From Escherichia coli (GTDB lineage Bacteria > Pseudomonadota > Gammaproteobacteria > Enterobacterales > Enterobacteriaceae), in assembly GCF_003019035.1 (NCBI RefSeq), contig NZ_CP027447.1: a stretch of 64,000 nucleotides of DNA, one strand, 5' to 3'. The notes under the pieces were generated by a model. It did no database searches, was not told the origin of the DNA, and saw nothing but the letters and a program-made list of their open reading frames with translations. Both the position numbers and the translations under genes were made by a program. Below are positions 40,322 to 50,264 of this stretch, piece after piece (position 1 is the stretch's first letter; every line of letters starts with the position of its first letter).

Positions 40322-41737
40322 TTATTGTTCTGCCGTGAATTTTTGTTCTAGCTGCTCAAGCAGGGACGGCTCCCAGTCTGCCACCATCATCTGCAATCCC
40401 ATCCTGAACAACATCCGGTACTGTTGCTGCGCAAGCTGTATCAGCCCCGCCTCCTCCGTCAACTGTGCGGCAAGGTACTGGCGGTGAAACTGATCGCGGG
40501 GTTCACCGGCGGGCAACGTATCCAGATACCGTAAGGCGGCTTCCAGCCCCTGTTCATCAAAACACAACCGCGCAGCCTGAATATCTTCATTACTCACCTG
40601 TATGACTGGCGCGGCCTGGTTACCTGGCTGAGTTGCAAGCCATTGCTTCGTTTTTTCAGAAACAAACGGTGTGTGGTCGTTAAACAGAAGATCGGCAAGA
40701 GCGGGCAGACGGCCAAGGAAGGAAACGACTTCATCGCGGATGGCATCGGCCACGGCGGTATAGCCAAGACGGTGCGCCGTCTGTGCAGAAATGCAGTGAC
40801 CGTCCAGCCAGTAGGGTGCCAGCAATACGCTTTTTTCCACCTGCTGCCACAGCGCCATATCGGCACTACCGAGCTGAGCATGGTAATCCGCCACCATATC
40901 GGCAGAGACCGCAGCCAGTGGGGTACGTCCATCGCTTTCCGCCTGGGGCGTACTGGTGATGGATTGCCACAGGGCATGGCGGCGGAGGCGATAGCCCAGC
41001 GGCGAGTCCGGCTGGCGTTCACATAAAATAGCCGCCACTTTTAACAGCGTGTCGCGCCAGGCTTTGTCGTCGTGACTGTCGATGGCGATCTGTAGAGCCG
41101 GAGCACTGGTTTGCGTCATGCTGCTTTCAGACGTGACGGTGGTTTGTGGTGAACTACCGGAGGCCGCCGGAGTGGGGACCGGAGCAGGAGCCGCACGATT
41201 AAACGTACGCTGGTACAGGGCAAAAAGATCATCGGTAGCCTGTGCCAGTTCCGGGACGTTATGTGACTGCCAGCACTGTGCCAGTTTCGCCAGTTCACCT
41301 AATAGCGCATCGCGCTGCGCTGTGGCGGCGTTCTGTGAAAAGCCTTCAATACCTGTTTCAAAGCGTTTAATGACCTGGCTGGCGAAGCGTTTTTTATGTG
41401 CCATATTCTGCGGCGCGGCCACCGCCCAGTAATGTTCCACATACAGTGCCAGCAGGCGCAAGGCCAGAAGCGGATCACCGGCATGTTGCAGGGTTCTCAG
41501 CAGATGCGCCAGCAGACGAAAATCCTTACTCTCCGAAGCCAGAATGACCAGCCCCCGGCGCTGGAGTTCCGGGATATCCAGTTGGCTGTGGGCCAGTGAA
41601 CCCAGTTTGACGATTTCGCCGTCGATATACTCCCAGTCCGGGTTGTCATCTTTTAGCGCCGATGCCTGTTTTTCTTCAGGCAGGTTTTCCAGCAGGTGCG
41701 ATATCCAGACATTCGGATCGCGTAAGTCCATTGCCAT
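40322..41737 (-). CDS. tssA: T6SS baseplate/cap protein TssA
   Basis: ORF 40322-41803; probable start MAMDLRDPNVW at 41737; ImpA_N-type N-terminal domain. Confidence 0.85.
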   Translation of the reverse strand: MAMDLRDPNVWISHLLENLPEEKQASALKDDNPDWEYIDGEIVKLGSLAHSQLDIPELQRRGLVILASESKDFRLLAHLLRTLQHAGDPLLALRLLALYVEHYWAVAAPQNMAHKKRFASQVIKRFETGIEGFSQNAATAQRDALLGELAKLAQCWQSHNVPELAQATDDLFALYQRTFNRAAPAPVPTPAASGSSPQTTVTSESSMTQTSAPALQIAIDSHDDKAWRDTLLKVAAILCERQPDSPLGYRLRRHALWQSITSTPQAESDGRTPLAAVSADMVADYHAQLGSADMALWQQVEKSVLLAPYWLDGHCISAQTAHRLGYTAVADAIRDEVVSFLGRLPALADLLFNDHTPFVSEKTKQWLATQPGNQAAPVIQVSNEDIQAARLCFDEQGLEAALRYLDTLPAGEPRDQFHRQYLAAQLTEEAGLIQLAQQQYRMLFRMGLQMMVADWEPSLLEQLEQKFTAEQ

Positions 41738-41741
41738 ATTT

Positions 41742-42485
41742 TTATTCTCCCGCCCAGTGGCAGGCGTCGCGTAGCGGCGCAATAACCCGTGCCAGCCCGT
41801 CAATGTTAAAGGTCAGCTTTCCGGCTGCGTTGTCTGCGCCGGTATCCACCGTCAGCGTTGTTGCGCCGAACAGTTGCTTAATTTCATCAATCCCGGACAG
41901 CCCCCGGCTGGACTCCAGCAGGGTGCCGTTCTCGCGCACAAACCAGTGGCTGCGCAATACCCGGCTGTCGGCATTCAGGGTGACGGCGATATCATGGACA
42001 TCCAGAGGGTGCACCAGCGCCACCTGCATCCGGGTGATATTGTCCACACAGCTGAACATCAGCACCGGGCGAGGCGGAACATGGCCGATAGCCGGGGTGG
42101 TTACCACCACCGTCGGGCGTTCCCCCGGCACCTGCGTCACCAGCAGCTCTGTGGTGTTGCCCTGGCGACGTTTTTCCTGCTCTATGGCACGGGTCCAGGC
42201 TTCGCCCACAAAACTGGCTTTGACCAGCGCCCCGTCAAACCCTGACGGGGACAGCGGTTCCAGCAGGCGGTCATAGCAGTCAAGCCGCTCCAGCGCCGCG
42301 AACTCCCGCCGACAGGACTGCATGGCCTGTAATGTGGCTGTCGCATCCGGCGGGGTCGCTGTGGCGACGGCTACCGCCACACCGGCCATTGACGATGTTT
42401 CTGCGGGCGCGGCACTGGCGGGTAAGCCCGCCATCAGGCCCGCAATAAACCATCCTGTCTGCCGGAAAACGCGCAACCTGCTCAT
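41742..42485 (-). CDS. T6SS-associated secreted/periplasmic protein (VasI-like by position)
   Basis: 247-aa ORF with signal peptide (…LMAGLPASAAPA); sits between clpV and tssA as vasI does in V. cholerae. Confidence 0.5.
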   Translation of the reverse strand: MSRLRVFRQTGWFIAGLMAGLPASAAPAETSSMAGVAVAVATATPPDATATLQAMQSCRREFAALERLDCYDRLLEPLSPSGFDGALVKASFVGEAWTRAIEQEKRRQGNTTELLVTQVPGERPTVVVTTPAIGHVPPRPVLMFSCVDNITRMQVALVHPLDVHDIAVTLNADSRVLRSHWFVRENGTLLESSRGLSGIDEIKQLFGATTLTVDTGADNAAGKLTFNIDGLARVIAPLRDACHWAGE

Positions 42486-45241
42486 AAAACCGTTTCATCT
42501 TCTGTGACGGACTCGTCGTCCAGAGCATCTTCCACATCTGCTGTGAACGTGCCGTCTGCCGCCGACAGCCGAATCCGGGCAATCGCCGTGTTGGCTGCCA
42601 TCTTCTGCAACAGCAGCAGGGAGAGCGGCGGCAGCATGTCGCCGTCAATGACCGATTCGAGCATCCTCGCGCCGTTTTCCGCTCGGGTGACGCGGCTCAT
42701 GATTTCGTCCGTCACTTCCGGCTCAATAATCACTTCCGCGCCAAAGCGACTGCGCAGCACGTTATCCAGACGGGTGAGTTTCCCGGCAATAATGGTGGCG
42801 AGCGTCTCTTTCGACAACGGCAGGTACGGCACCACTTCCATACGCGCCAGCAGGGCAGGTTTAAAGAAGTCCGCCAGCACCGGATAGAGGGCTTCCTGCA
42901 TGGTCTCCGGGTCATCGGCGTGTTCGACAATCACCTGGTAGCCAAGGTTGGAGGTGAGGAAGAAGACGATGTTTTTACAGTCAATCAGGCGACCTTCGCC
43001 GTCTGCCATCTCGCCCTTGTCAAACGCCTGGTAGAACAGGTTGAGGACATCCGGGTGCGCTTTTTCCACTTCATCGAGTAGCACCACCGAGTACGGTTTC
43101 TGGCGAATCGCTTCGGTCAGCACGCCGCCTTCGCCATAGCCAACGTAGCCCGGAGGCGAACCAATCAGGCGTGAAACGGTGTGTTTCTCCTGGAACTCGG
43201 ACATATTAATGGTGGTCAGGTACTGGCGACCGCCGTAGAGCAGTTCTGCCAGTTGCAGAACGGTTTCGGTTTTACCCACGCCGCTGGGGCCAGCCAGCAG
43301 GAACGCGCCGAGCGGGCGTCCCGGGCGGCGCAGGTCGGCGCGTGCAGTCAGCAGATGCTTATGCAGGCTGGCAATCGCCAGATCCTGGCCTTTGATGGTG
43401 TCGCCCAGCCATTTCGGCAGGTCGGTGATGACCGACATTTCATTCTGCGACAGGCGGTTAAGCGGAACGCCAGTCCATTCGGCAATCACCGCCGCAATCT
43501 GTTTTTTATCGACGTGCGGGGAGACCTGCAACCGGTCGTTATGCAGGGCGTCCAGTTCGGCAGTAAGCTGTGCCAGCCGTTGTACCGGGGAAACTGTTTC
43601 AGCGGTCTCTTCCGGCTGTTCGCTGCCAGCTTCATCAGCCGGTTCGGCATCGGTATTATCCTGTTCTGCCTCAGACGGCGTATCCTCCGCGGCATCTGCG
43701 TCCGGCAACGACGCCGCATCGTCTTCTGCCATACCCAGTAACTGCTGGCGCAGCGCGATAATTTCCTGTACCAGCGTCTGTTGCTGATGCCAGGCGGCTT
43801 CCAGTTCGTCCAGCGCCGTCAGCGTTTCATCATACTGCACCAGCACCTCCGTCATCCGTGAGGTGTCGGTACGCAGCCCGATGCGAAGCTCGCGCTCAAG
43901 CTGGCGAATTTCCGCCTCCTGCTGGTGGCTCAGGGTGGTCAGCGCCGAGATTTGCTTCGGTGGCGATGAAAGGTTAATGGCCACGCGGGCGCAGGCCGTA
44001 TCCAGCACATCAATGGCTTTGTCCGGCAACTGACGTCCGGAGAGATAACGCTCGCTTAATGTCGCAGCGGCCTGCAAGGCATCATCGTCAATCAGGACGC
44101 CGTGAGACTGTTCATAGACCGCCGACAGACCACGCAGAATAATGGTGGCTTCGGCGGCACTGGGTTCGCTGACCTTCACCAACTGGAAGCGGCGCGACAG
44201 GGCGGCATCTTTCTCGAAGTATTTTTTGTACTCGCTCCAGGTGGTGGCGGCGATGGTTTTCAGCTCGCCGCGCGCCAGTGCCGGTTTGAGCAGGTTGGAG
44301 ATATCCAGCCCGCCCTGCTGGTTGCCCGCCCCAATCAGGGTATGCGCTTCGTCGATAAACAGAATGACCGGCACCGGGGAGGATATGACCTCCGCCATCA
44401 GCCCCTTGAAGCGTTTTTCAAACTCACCTTTCACCGATGCCCCGGCCTGCAATGCACCCAGGTCAAGGGTCATAATGTCGGTGTTTTTCAGTTTGTCCGG
44501 CACCTGGCCTGCCACGATGCGCAGCGCCAGCCCTTCAATCAGCGCGCTTTTACCCACACCCGCTTCACCCACCACCACCGGATTGTTTTTACGACGGCGG
44601 CAGAGAATGTCGATCATCAGGTCGATTTCGTGGTCGCGGCACAGTACCGGATCAAGCCTGCCGTTACGGGCATCTTCGGTCATGTTTTTGGCGTAGCGGG
44701 CAAGCAGGGTGTCAGCAGCGTCCGTCAGTGTGCCTGCGCCTTTACCGTCTGCATCCGGCACGACTGATTCCGCCGACTCCTGTGTCCACTGCACAAAGTC
44801 CTGCTGCAGACGGTCACGGTTAATGCCGGTCAACAGCCGGGCGGCAGCAGGCGGTATATAACGCAGCGGCGAATGCAGCAGGGCCAGCAGCAACACGCCG
44901 CCGCGCAGTTCGCTGTGCTGCATCTCAGCCGACGCCAGCAGCCAGCCCTCTTTCAGCCACTCAACCAGCATCGGGGAAAACGCCGGGTAGCTGTCCGCAG
45001 AACGGGCGGTTGTGTAGTTCTCCACCGTCAGTGCCAGGCGCAACTCTTCCATGCCAATATCGCCCTGGCGGGTAATAACCCGCAGGTCACTGCGTGGCAT
45101 GGCGAGCATCTGAATAAGCACATGGCTGACGGTAATTTCCGCTGCCTGCTGGCTCATACATTCAGAGGCGGCCATCTCCAGCGCCTGGCGGGAGAACAGG
45201 TTAAGCCGTTTTACCAGCGTGGGAAGATCAATCTGGATCAT
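42482..45241 (-). CDS. clpV: T6SS AAA+ ATPase ClpV (TssH)
   Basis: ORF 42482-45355; start set at MIQIDLPTLVKRLN (45241); two AAA+ modules (Walker A GEAGVGKS and GPSGVGKT). Confidence 0.93.
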   Translation of the reverse strand: MIQIDLPTLVKRLNLFSRQALEMAASECMSQQAAEITVSHVLIQMLAMPRSDLRVITRQGDIGMEELRLALTVENYTTARSADSYPAFSPMLVEWLKEGWLLASAEMQHSELRGGVLLLALLHSPLRYIPPAAARLLTGINRDRLQQDFVQWTQESAESVVPDADGKGAGTLTDAADTLLARYAKNMTEDARNGRLDPVLCRDHEIDLMIDILCRRRKNNPVVVGEAGVGKSALIEGLALRIVAGQVPDKLKNTDIMTLDLGALQAGASVKGEFEKRFKGLMAEVISSPVPVILFIDEAHTLIGAGNQQGGLDISNLLKPALARGELKTIAATTWSEYKKYFEKDAALSRRFQLVKVSEPSAAEATIILRGLSAVYEQSHGVLIDDDALQAAATLSERYLSGRQLPDKAIDVLDTACARVAINLSSPPKQISALTTLSHQQEAEIRQLERELRIGLRTDTSRMTEVLVQYDETLTALDELEAAWHQQQTLVQEIIALRQQLLGMAEDDAASLPDADAAEDTPSEAEQDNTDAEPADEAGSEQPEETAETVSPVQRLAQLTAELDALHNDRLQVSPHVDKKQIAAVIAEWTGVPLNRLSQNEMSVITDLPKWLGDTIKGQDLAIASLHKHLLTARADLRRPGRPLGAFLLAGPSGVGKTETVLQLAELLYGGRQYLTTINMSEFQEKHTVSRLIGSPPGYVGYGEGGVLTEAIRQKPYSVVLLDEVEKAHPDVLNLFYQAFDKGEMADGEGRLIDCKNIVFFLTSNLGYQVIVEHADDPETMQEALYPVLADFFKPALLARMEVVPYLPLSKETLATIIAGKLTRLDNVLRSRFGAEVIIEPEVTDEIMSRVTRAENGARMLESVIDGDMLPPLSLLLLQKMAANTAIARIRLSAADGTFTADVEDALDDESVTEDETVL

Positions 45242-45249
45242 AAACGTCC

Positions 45250-46011
45250 TTATCGAAGTAATTTGTTTAGCTGGTGCAGGATGTCCTGCGTCTGGCTGTC
45301 CAGCCGCAACAGATAGAACAGGTAAAACAACGCCAGCACGACAACGCCACCACAAAAAATATGTTTAATGGTCAGGTGACTGATGAGCTGATAACGCCCG
45401 CCCTGGTTTTTTTTGTCCTGGTGTAACAGCGGGAAAGGGGCATCGCCGCGTAGTTTATGCAGGACGTGGTACAGGCGGCGGTAGATCTGCTCAAATTCTC
45501 CCTGATCCTGTGCTGCCACTTTGTAGCGCCCGCGAAATCCCAGAGAAAAACAGAGCCAGAGAAATTCCAGCAGATCCTGGTAACGTTTGGGTTCACGGAT
45601 CAGGCGCTCCAGCAGGATGAAAACTTTCTCGCCACCCCAGGCTTCGTTGTGGAAATGGACCAGCAATGACTGCTTGATCCACTCGTTCTTGTTCGACCAG
45701 CCGTTACCGAGCGCCGCTTCATCAATAAACGTGCAGAGGATGTAGCGAAACGAGATAATCACGCCCGGTTCGTAGCCCTGCTCCTGAAGCAGTTGCTCCA
45801 CGGCCTGAACATCCGTCACCACCTGAGCAAAAAGATGCTCCGGCATCGTCTGGCTGTTCATGGTTGAAAGGCGCATCACCATACCGAGGAGCGGCGTGGC
45901 TGCGTCGATCATCGGATTCAGGCTGTTGCCACGAAGCGCGAGATGGTAGTCGCGCTGGCCTTTTTCGTCGTGTCCGATAAATGGTGGCAGAGACAGTGAC
46001 TCCTCATCCAT
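45250..46011 (-). CDS. tssL: T6SS membrane-complex protein TssL (DotU family)
   Basis: 253-aa ORF with DotU-like cytoplasmic domain and single C-terminal TM segment; no peptidoglycan-binding extension. Confidence 0.85.
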   Translation of the reverse strand: MDEESLSLPPFIGHDEKGQRDYHLALRGNSLNPMIDAATPLLGMVMRLSTMNSQTMPEHLFAQVVTDVQAVEQLLQEQGYEPGVIISFRYILCTFIDEAALGNGWSNKNEWIKQSLLVHFHNEAWGGEKVFILLERLIREPKRYQDLLEFLWLCFSLGFRGRYKVAAQDQGEFEQIYRRLYHVLHKLRGDAPFPLLHQDKKNQGGRYQLISHLTIKHIFCGGVVVLALFYLFYLLRLDSQTQDILHQLNKLLR

Positions 46012-46015
46012 CGTC

Positions 46016-47347
46016 TTACCCTCTTATAGCCCACAGTTGCATATTCAGGTCCGGAAAACTGCCGGAGACATGCAGTGCAACGGCCCCGGCGGCAGCTATT
46101 TCAGCCCAGGCCTGGCCGCTTTTGTCGAGTTCGAAATAGCTGAACCCGGAATGGTAGGGAAGCTGGCGGGGAGCCACCATCAGTGCACGCAGAGGAATAC
46201 CGGGGATCTGCACACTGACCATATTGCGGATTTTTTCCGGCGAGGAAATTTTCGACTGCTGGATAAACTGGCGCTGGATCTGATCGACCGGCATGTTTGC
46301 CGCCACGGCCAGCACAAAGGTGGCAGATTGCAGCAGTTCTGTGTCATGGATATCGGCCTGCCAGATACCGTCACGCAGATGCAGCGGCAGATTGACGGCT
46401 CTTGGCGACAGTACGGTATGCAGCGCCCGTTTGACTTCCGGTAACAGCGTTTTAAATGTTTTGGTCAGGTCATGATGATCATACACATCAAGCGGGCAGG
46501 GCAGGCGCGACGGCTCGGTAAAGGTCATCAGTTCACCCAGCAACCCCGCAAGATCAAGGTAGAAATCTTCCGGGTGGAGCTGGGATCGACGAGCGCGATG
46601 GGTAAACCGGGTCTGGTTACGGTTAAGTAACTGCAACATCATAAATTCCGCCACATCCGCGATGCCGCTCTGCGCCGGAGAGCCAATGCGGTTTGCCAGA
46701 TCGCTTGCCCGTCCGCCAATGGCCCCCTGTACCTCTTTGAGATAAACACGCAGTTTCTTACTGACCTGAATATTCTGGCAGGAGGGGATAAAATCGTCAT
46801 CCAGCGTCAGGGAGCCGTCGGCATGGCGATCGCTGATACGGCAAAGCGGGAGCGTAATATAGGCGCTCATATCTTCTGCACCGCTCATAATGCGCGGCGT
46901 AAGTTGACCCAGCGTCAGTGTTCGCGCGTCACCTTCTTCTGAATGCAAATCCCGGACATCGGCATAATTCAGCCGGTAACGCCCGATTCGCCGCCCGTCG
47001 CTGATTTCATTTCTCACATCACTGGCGACCGGCAGAGCGAGGTAAATATTGCGGCTTCTTTCGTCCGGAAAATTTTGCGGGTGCAGCGGATCGGGCAGTG
47101 CGTCCTGGTCGGGGATAGAAAAGACGGTGCCGTCGGGCAGTGTGCCTGACGCGCTGTCAATCATGATCTTACCCTGCGCCAGCAGTTCATTGTTGAGGGT
47201 GAGTTCGGTAAATCCCCAGGATAAATCATTCATGGCCCGGAAACGCTGGTTATCCAGGTAGTCGTTGTAACGCTGCTGTTGCTGGAAATGGTGTGGGCGC
47301 ATCAGCATCCCTTCCTGCCACATCACCTTGTTGCGGGTGGTTGCCAT
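46016..47347 (-). CDS. tssK: T6SS baseplate protein TssK
   Basis: 443-aa ORF; N-terminus ...VMWQEGMLMRPHHFQQQQRY typical of TssK. Confidence 0.88.
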   Translation of the reverse strand: MATTRNKVMWQEGMLMRPHHFQQQQRYNDYLDNQRFRAMNDLSWGFTELTLNNELLAQGKIMIDSASGTLPDGTVFSIPDQDALPDPLHPQNFPDERSRNIYLALPVASDVRNEISDGRRIGRYRLNYADVRDLHSEEGDARTLTLGQLTPRIMSGAEDMSAYITLPLCRISDRHADGSLTLDDDFIPSCQNIQVSKKLRVYLKEVQGAIGGRASDLANRIGSPAQSGIADVAEFMMLQLLNRNQTRFTHRARRSQLHPEDFYLDLAGLLGELMTFTEPSRLPCPLDVYDHHDLTKTFKTLLPEVKRALHTVLSPRAVNLPLHLRDGIWQADIHDTELLQSATFVLAVAANMPVDQIQRQFIQQSKISSPEKIRNMVSVQIPGIPLRALMVAPRQLPYHSGFSYFELDKSGQAWAEIAAAGAVALHVSGSFPDLNMQLWAIRG

Positions 47348-47349
47348 AA

Positions 47350-47874
47350 TTATTCATCCTCTTTTTTCATTTCGATGCTGCTTTGACGTACATGCACCAG
47401 CAGGCGGTAATGGTGGCCGGTTCCTTCCACCGTCTCGATTTGTTTCCATTCAGTGGCCTGGTCATCGGAGAAATAGGCCACGACACCAATAAACTGCGTT
47501 TTCTCATCCAGCTTTACCGGCGGCAGGGTTTTGATGGTGTCCGGCAACAGGTTGAAATCCTGGTGGTCGATATAGTTTTTACCCAGCACATCCGGTAGCG
47601 GCGTACTGGCTATCTGGTCATAGTCGGCTGCCAGCAATTTTGAGTCGTCAGTCAGGTACACCAGTTGCACATCCACGGCGGCTGATTCACCCTCCGCATT
47701 GGTATTGGTGTCCGGTTCGGTCAGCAGGGTGACGGTTATTTCCGAAGGTTGCTCCTTCAGGCTCCCGACCTGGATATCCGGGTTTTTGATCACCTCACTG
47801 ATTTTTTTCGCCGTTTCGCAGCCGGTTAATATGACGCACATCAGCACGCAGGCCAGAAACGCCTTCCTGTTCAT
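47350..47874 (-). CDS. tssJ: T6SS outer-membrane lipoprotein TssJ
   Basis: 174-aa ORF with lipobox ILTGCE; position between tagH and tssK. Confidence 0.85.
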   Translation of the reverse strand: MNRKAFLACVLMCVILTGCETAKKISEVIKNPDIQVGSLKEQPSEITVTLLTEPDTNTNAEGESAAVDVQLVYLTDDSKLLAADYDQIASTPLPDVLGKNYIDHQDFNLLPDTIKTLPPVKLDEKTQFIGVVAYFSDDQATEWKQIETVEGTGHHYRLLVHVRQSSIEMKKEDE

Positions 47875-49172
47875 GCTTCCGGCTCCCGCTGTTTTTCACG
47901 AAGCACCCGGTCATAGACCTGGGCGTAGACCTCGTTAAACAGCATCTCAAACCCCTGCTGGCGATCGGAGGCCAGCTCTTCGTAATAATGGCTGTACATT
48001 TGCCATGCTCCGGCATCATCCAGCGGCTGGCGCAGTTCATGGCTGCGGCGGTACTGCACAAAGCGGCGCAGCAGATTTTGTGGTGAGAAGGCGTCCAGCA
48101 GGACACGAAGCGACTCCACAATCGCCGCCCGGTTAGCTTCTTCGTGGTGGCGGACATTGCGCAGGCTTTCACTGACAGCGGCGGGAGCCGCCAGATGTAC
48201 CGGACTTTTACCTTCGGCAAACATCACGTCGAGCGCGGTGGCGTAATCCATGTTCAGGCGCAGCGGGTTATCTTCCAGCGGGCGCAAATGTTTGTCTGAG
48301 AGGCTGTTACGCTGCTGCTGCAAATCAAGCAGACCTTTTATTGCGGCCTGTAACGTGCGTCCGGCCTCCTCCAGAAAATCATCCGCATCGTCGGAATTGC
48401 TCACGGTAAGCGAGCCGCCAAGACCGCGCAGTAAGGGGGTGACCGCAAGGTGGCGTTGCGCCATTTCTGCCACAGAGACGTCATCATTACGCTCGCCGGG
48501 GCTGGCATAAATGGGCGGCAGATCCATAAACGGCGTATTGATCCCCCCATTACTTGCCGGATCGGACAGCGGTGCCGATGGCCGGACAGCCGCAATGCCT
48601 GAAAGCGGATCGCCCGCGGTAATCAGGCTTTCGGACTGAAGTGCCTGGAGTGGATCGGCAGAAAAACCGTTTACCACGGTGTCTGCAAGCTGATGCCGGT
48701 GAGTCATTCCCGGATAGTGTGGCGCACCCTCCGTTGACAGCAGGGTATCCGTGAGCATATCGCGATTGGTGACGATGGTTTCGGGAGTGGCCATTTCCTC
48801 ATCGTAATGGGGGATATCTCCCCGGTTCAGATGAACCCTCACCATCAGACGCCCTATCTGGATCTCATCGCCCTGGCGCAGCTGTATCAGGTCTGATGTT
48901 GCTGTGACTTTTGCCTGGTTCAGCCACAGTTGTGCCGTCTGCGGGCGCAGACAAAATGTGCCATCGTGCAGGATAACGGTAAAGGCCTGAGCCGGAATGC
49001 TCTGCTGACGATCCTGTACCGACCAGTGGCATTCGGGGCCATGGCCGACATTTCCCTGCTGCGTGAACAGACAGCGCGCCGCCCGCCCGCTTTCCAGCTC
49101 ACTGCCGTTAATGACCTGCAATGAAAGCGTCTGTAGTTTCTCTTCCGGCATATTCTGCTCCGTGATTATCAT
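47871..49172 (-). CDS. tagH: T6SS FHA-domain protein TagH (Fha)
   Basis: 433-aa ORF with N-terminal FHA domain; ATGA overlap with tssJ. Confidence 0.85.
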   Translation of the reverse strand: MIITEQNMPEEKLQTLSLQVINGSELESGRAARCLFTQQGNVGHGPECHWSVQDRQQSIPAQAFTVILHDGTFCLRPQTAQLWLNQAKVTATSDLIQLRQGDEIQIGRLMVRVHLNRGDIPHYDEEMATPETIVTNRDMLTDTLLSTEGAPHYPGMTHRHQLADTVVNGFSADPLQALQSESLITAGDPLSGIAAVRPSAPLSDPASNGGINTPFMDLPPIYASPGERNDDVSVAEMAQRHLAVTPLLRGLGGSLTVSNSDDADDFLEEAGRTLQAAIKGLLDLQQQRNSLSDKHLRPLEDNPLRLNMDYATALDVMFAEGKSPVHLAAPAAVSESLRNVRHHEEANRAAIVESLRVLLDAFSPQNLLRRFVQYRRSHELRQPLDDAGAWQMYSHYYEELASDRQQGFEMLFNEVYAQVYDRVLREKQREPEA

Positions 49173-49175
49173 AAT

Positions 49176-50264
49176 TTACGACCGTACCCTGATGGTGACT
49201 GAGGGTCGTTCTTCCGGTGTGCCGAGGAAGCTGGTCCAGCCCAGCAGCGCACTTTTGTTATCGCCCAGGCGCATTGCGCCCACCTGCTCCGGTGCCAGCC
49301 CCAGATGTAAGTCCCAGGCAAGCTGATCGCGCAGGATGAAGGACACAAACATCGTCAGTGGCAGGAAGTTTTCGCCGGACGGCAGAAAAGAGAGGAGCTG
49401 TTTTCGGGTCAGGCTGGTAATACTGAGCTGGAATTTTCCGCTGAGATCGGGCACCCGTGTACCCAGAACAAAGTTGCCCAGTACCGATCTTCCGGCCAGT
49501 TTTTCGCCATTTTTAAGGGAATAGCTCCCCAGGCTGTTTTGCTGATCCGGTTCAATATCCACCTTGCGACGTTGCCAGTTTTGCAGCGTCACGTCTGACA
49601 AGTCAAAACAGTGTGACACCAGGCCGCAGATGATTTCCGGGGATCGTCCCGGATTTGCCAGGATCCCGGAATACGCCAGCATTTTGCTGTGATTAATCGC
49701 CAGCTTATCGCGAAGCTGGCGGTGGCCCAGCCCGACAAGGGAGTACATGCGCTGCGAGAACGCATCCACACCGCCGTTACGAAAACTGATGTGATAGCGG
49801 TACTTACGCCAGATATGCCAGACAAACTGGGTCAGGCGGTGGCTGAACATATCCAGAAAATCGCCTACCGGACTTTGTTCATGTACCGCTTTCCAGGCCA
49901 GGTGATCCAGGTAATAACCGGGGAGAGGCGACTGGCTCCCCTGTAACCCCATAAAGGTGGTGGTCATCCTGAATGCCCCTGACGTATCCCGTTTCAGCCC
50001 ACTGATATCACTGCACGGGAAGGCAAGGCTGGCATCGGCGCTGAAACGCAGGGTTTCCTGTGCCGGATCATCGCGCAGGGATAATTCCGGTGTCCCCTTT
50101 TCACCCTGTGCCAGGCGGTGCAACAGCTCCGCCATCGCAAAAAAATTGTAAGAGCAGGCGTTATGGAAAACCTGTGCCAGCGGATCATTCTGCTCTTTAT
50201 CTGCCGGGGGATGTCCCGGACTCAGATAAGAGGATGCTGCCCGGTTCTTTCCGTCCATTTCCAT
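49176..50264 (-). CDS. tssG: T6SS baseplate protein TssG
   Basis: 362-aa ORF directly downstream of tssF; start may be internal (43-nt overlap with tssF as drawn). Confidence 0.85.
   Translation of the reverse strand: MEMDGKNRAASSYLSPGHPPADKEQNDPLAQVFHNACSYNFFAMAELLHRLAQGEKGTPELSLRDDPAQETLRFSADASLAFPCSDISGLKRDTSGAFRMTTTFMGLQGSQSPLPGYYLDHLAWKAVHEQSPVGDFLDMFSHRLTQFVWHIWRKYRYHISFRNGGVDAFSQRMYSLVGLGHRQLRDKLAINHSKMLAYSGILANPGRSPEIICGLVSHCFDLSDVTLQNWQRRKVDIEPDQQNSLGSYSLKNGEKLAGRSVLGNFVLGTRVPDLSGKFQLSITSLTRKQLLSFLPSGENFLPLTMFVSFILRDQLAWDLHLGLAPEQVGAMRLGDNKSALLGWTSFLGTPEERPSVTIRVRS

Noticed and set aside
36851-45316. Many plus-strand ORFs (60-220 aa) inside tssM, tssA and clpV (e.g. 38402-39019, 44102-44767, 43181-43741)
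   Set aside because: Antisense to long, well-supported T6SS genes in GC-rich DNA where long stop-free frames arise by chance.
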